Of a stretch of 15,490 nucleotides of DNA, positions 14,546-15,490 are shown piece by piece. Position 1 is the stretch's first letter; each line of letters begins with the position of its first letter. Below the pieces are notes generated by a model. The model was not told the origin of the DNA. It did not search any database and saw only the letters and a program-made list of their open reading frames with translations. A program made the position numbers and the translations under genes. The DNA comes from Bdellovibrionota bacterium FG-1 (GTDB taxonomy: Bacteria > Bdellovibrionota > UBA1018): the NCBI GenBank assembly GCA_051382295.1, contig JBBCAW010000061.1:1-15490 (forward strand), in the 5' to 3' direction.

Positions 14546-15145
14546 CTAAAACTTCGAAGTGGGTTCCTCTAAGCCGTCTTGACTGACTATGCAAACGCGA
14601 TAGCCCTGGGACAGGAGTTTTTTCATAGGTACTCCGGCTGCCTCAAATAGATTTTTGATGAGATATCGGCCTATGCCGGTAAAATCTCGCCCGAAGTGCA
14701 CAATCCGCGTAAAGGCCAGATGATCCCAGAAGCCGCGACCCGTTTCGTTGGGTCTAAGGGCGGCGCCTTTTTTTGCGCCCGTCACAATAATCGCAATTCC
14801 ACCGGCCAATTCGCGCAAAAAGCGCTTCCACACTGCTCGTGAGGGCACCTGAATGAGCAGGTGGATGTGATTTCCGACGTTAGCATAGCGATAAAGTCGT
14901 ACCCCCCAACGTCTAGCCAGTTTTTGGGTAAAGTGTTGGATCGGATCGCAATGCCGTGGGTGAAGCATCGAAAGCTCGCCGCGAGCTCGTGAGGAACGCA
15001 AGACCACATGAAGCGCTTGTTTTGGATCAACCGGTCGAATCTCTTTACGTTTACCCTTGGTGTGGTCTCCGCCGTGCGAAATCGACGCAGTTTTCGAGTT
15101 AAAGCCAGGCAGAAAGGATTCCTTTTTTAGTCTCACGCGACCCAA
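14546..15145 (-). mobile_element. HUH Y1 transposase (RAYT / IS200-like TnpA)
   Basis: LHVVLRS, VGNHIHLLI (HUH), FW...FTRIV and RYLIKN (catalytic Tyr); no tnpB next to it. Confidence 0.8.
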
Positions 15146-15334
15146 TATAATCGAGGGGCAATGGGATATAAAGCACTTAATTTTAAAATATAGAACGGAA
15201 GTGGAGGTGCATCGCCTGGAGTCGCCAGTTGAGGGGAGAATGTGGGTTTGGACATATGTAAAGTTTAGCTTAAGTATTTACCATTAAATAAACTAAATTC
15301 ATCTATTATTGTGACGCGACGCAGCATATAAACC

Positions 15335-15412
15335 GTCATGTCAGCGCGGGCTGAGGACTGGACACCGGGCCGCACCCGAAAAAGTCTTTGGTTTCGCGCT
15401 GGCACAGGTGAC
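15335..15412 (+). other. Long GU-rich hairpin, possible structured RNA or ssDNA element
   Basis: TGTCAGCGCG (15339-15348) pairs with CGCGCTGGCA (15395-15404); inner GGCTGAGGACT pairs with AGTCTTTGGTTT; apical CGGG/CCCG; outer GTCA/TGAC. Confidence 0.5.
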
Positions 15413-15490
15413 TAGAAGTTTGTTGACTTTATTAGTCCAGTAATAGATAAGTGGGGTCGCAGTGCGGCCCAGAAAGTTAGGATGATATGA

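Overview
Bacterial window of about 15.5 kb; the gene set is reminiscent of Bdellovibrionota/Oligoflexia (inference only). A GC-richer housekeeping-like core (7.9-13.1 kb) holds an M28 peptidase, a split ArsA/Get3 ATPase pair and a NodI/NodJ-like ABC-2 exporter. Both flanks are decaying accessory DNA with five toxin-antitoxin-type modules from five different families: HTH-MNT/HEPN, a truncated PIN, AbrB/RelE-like, RHH/MazF, and Phd/ParE with a frameshifted toxin. Also present are a degenerate tRNA 3' remnant (candidate att scar), a multi-TM class III cyclase with non-canonical catalytic residues, DUF2239, a stand-alone HUH Y1 (RAYT/IS200-like) transposase, a 51-bp-period palindromic repeat and a long GU-rich hairpin. 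Three genes have sigma70-like promoters that predict leaderless mRNAs. No CRISPR array, rRNA or intact tRNA was seen. All family calls come from motif recognition by eye, not database searches.
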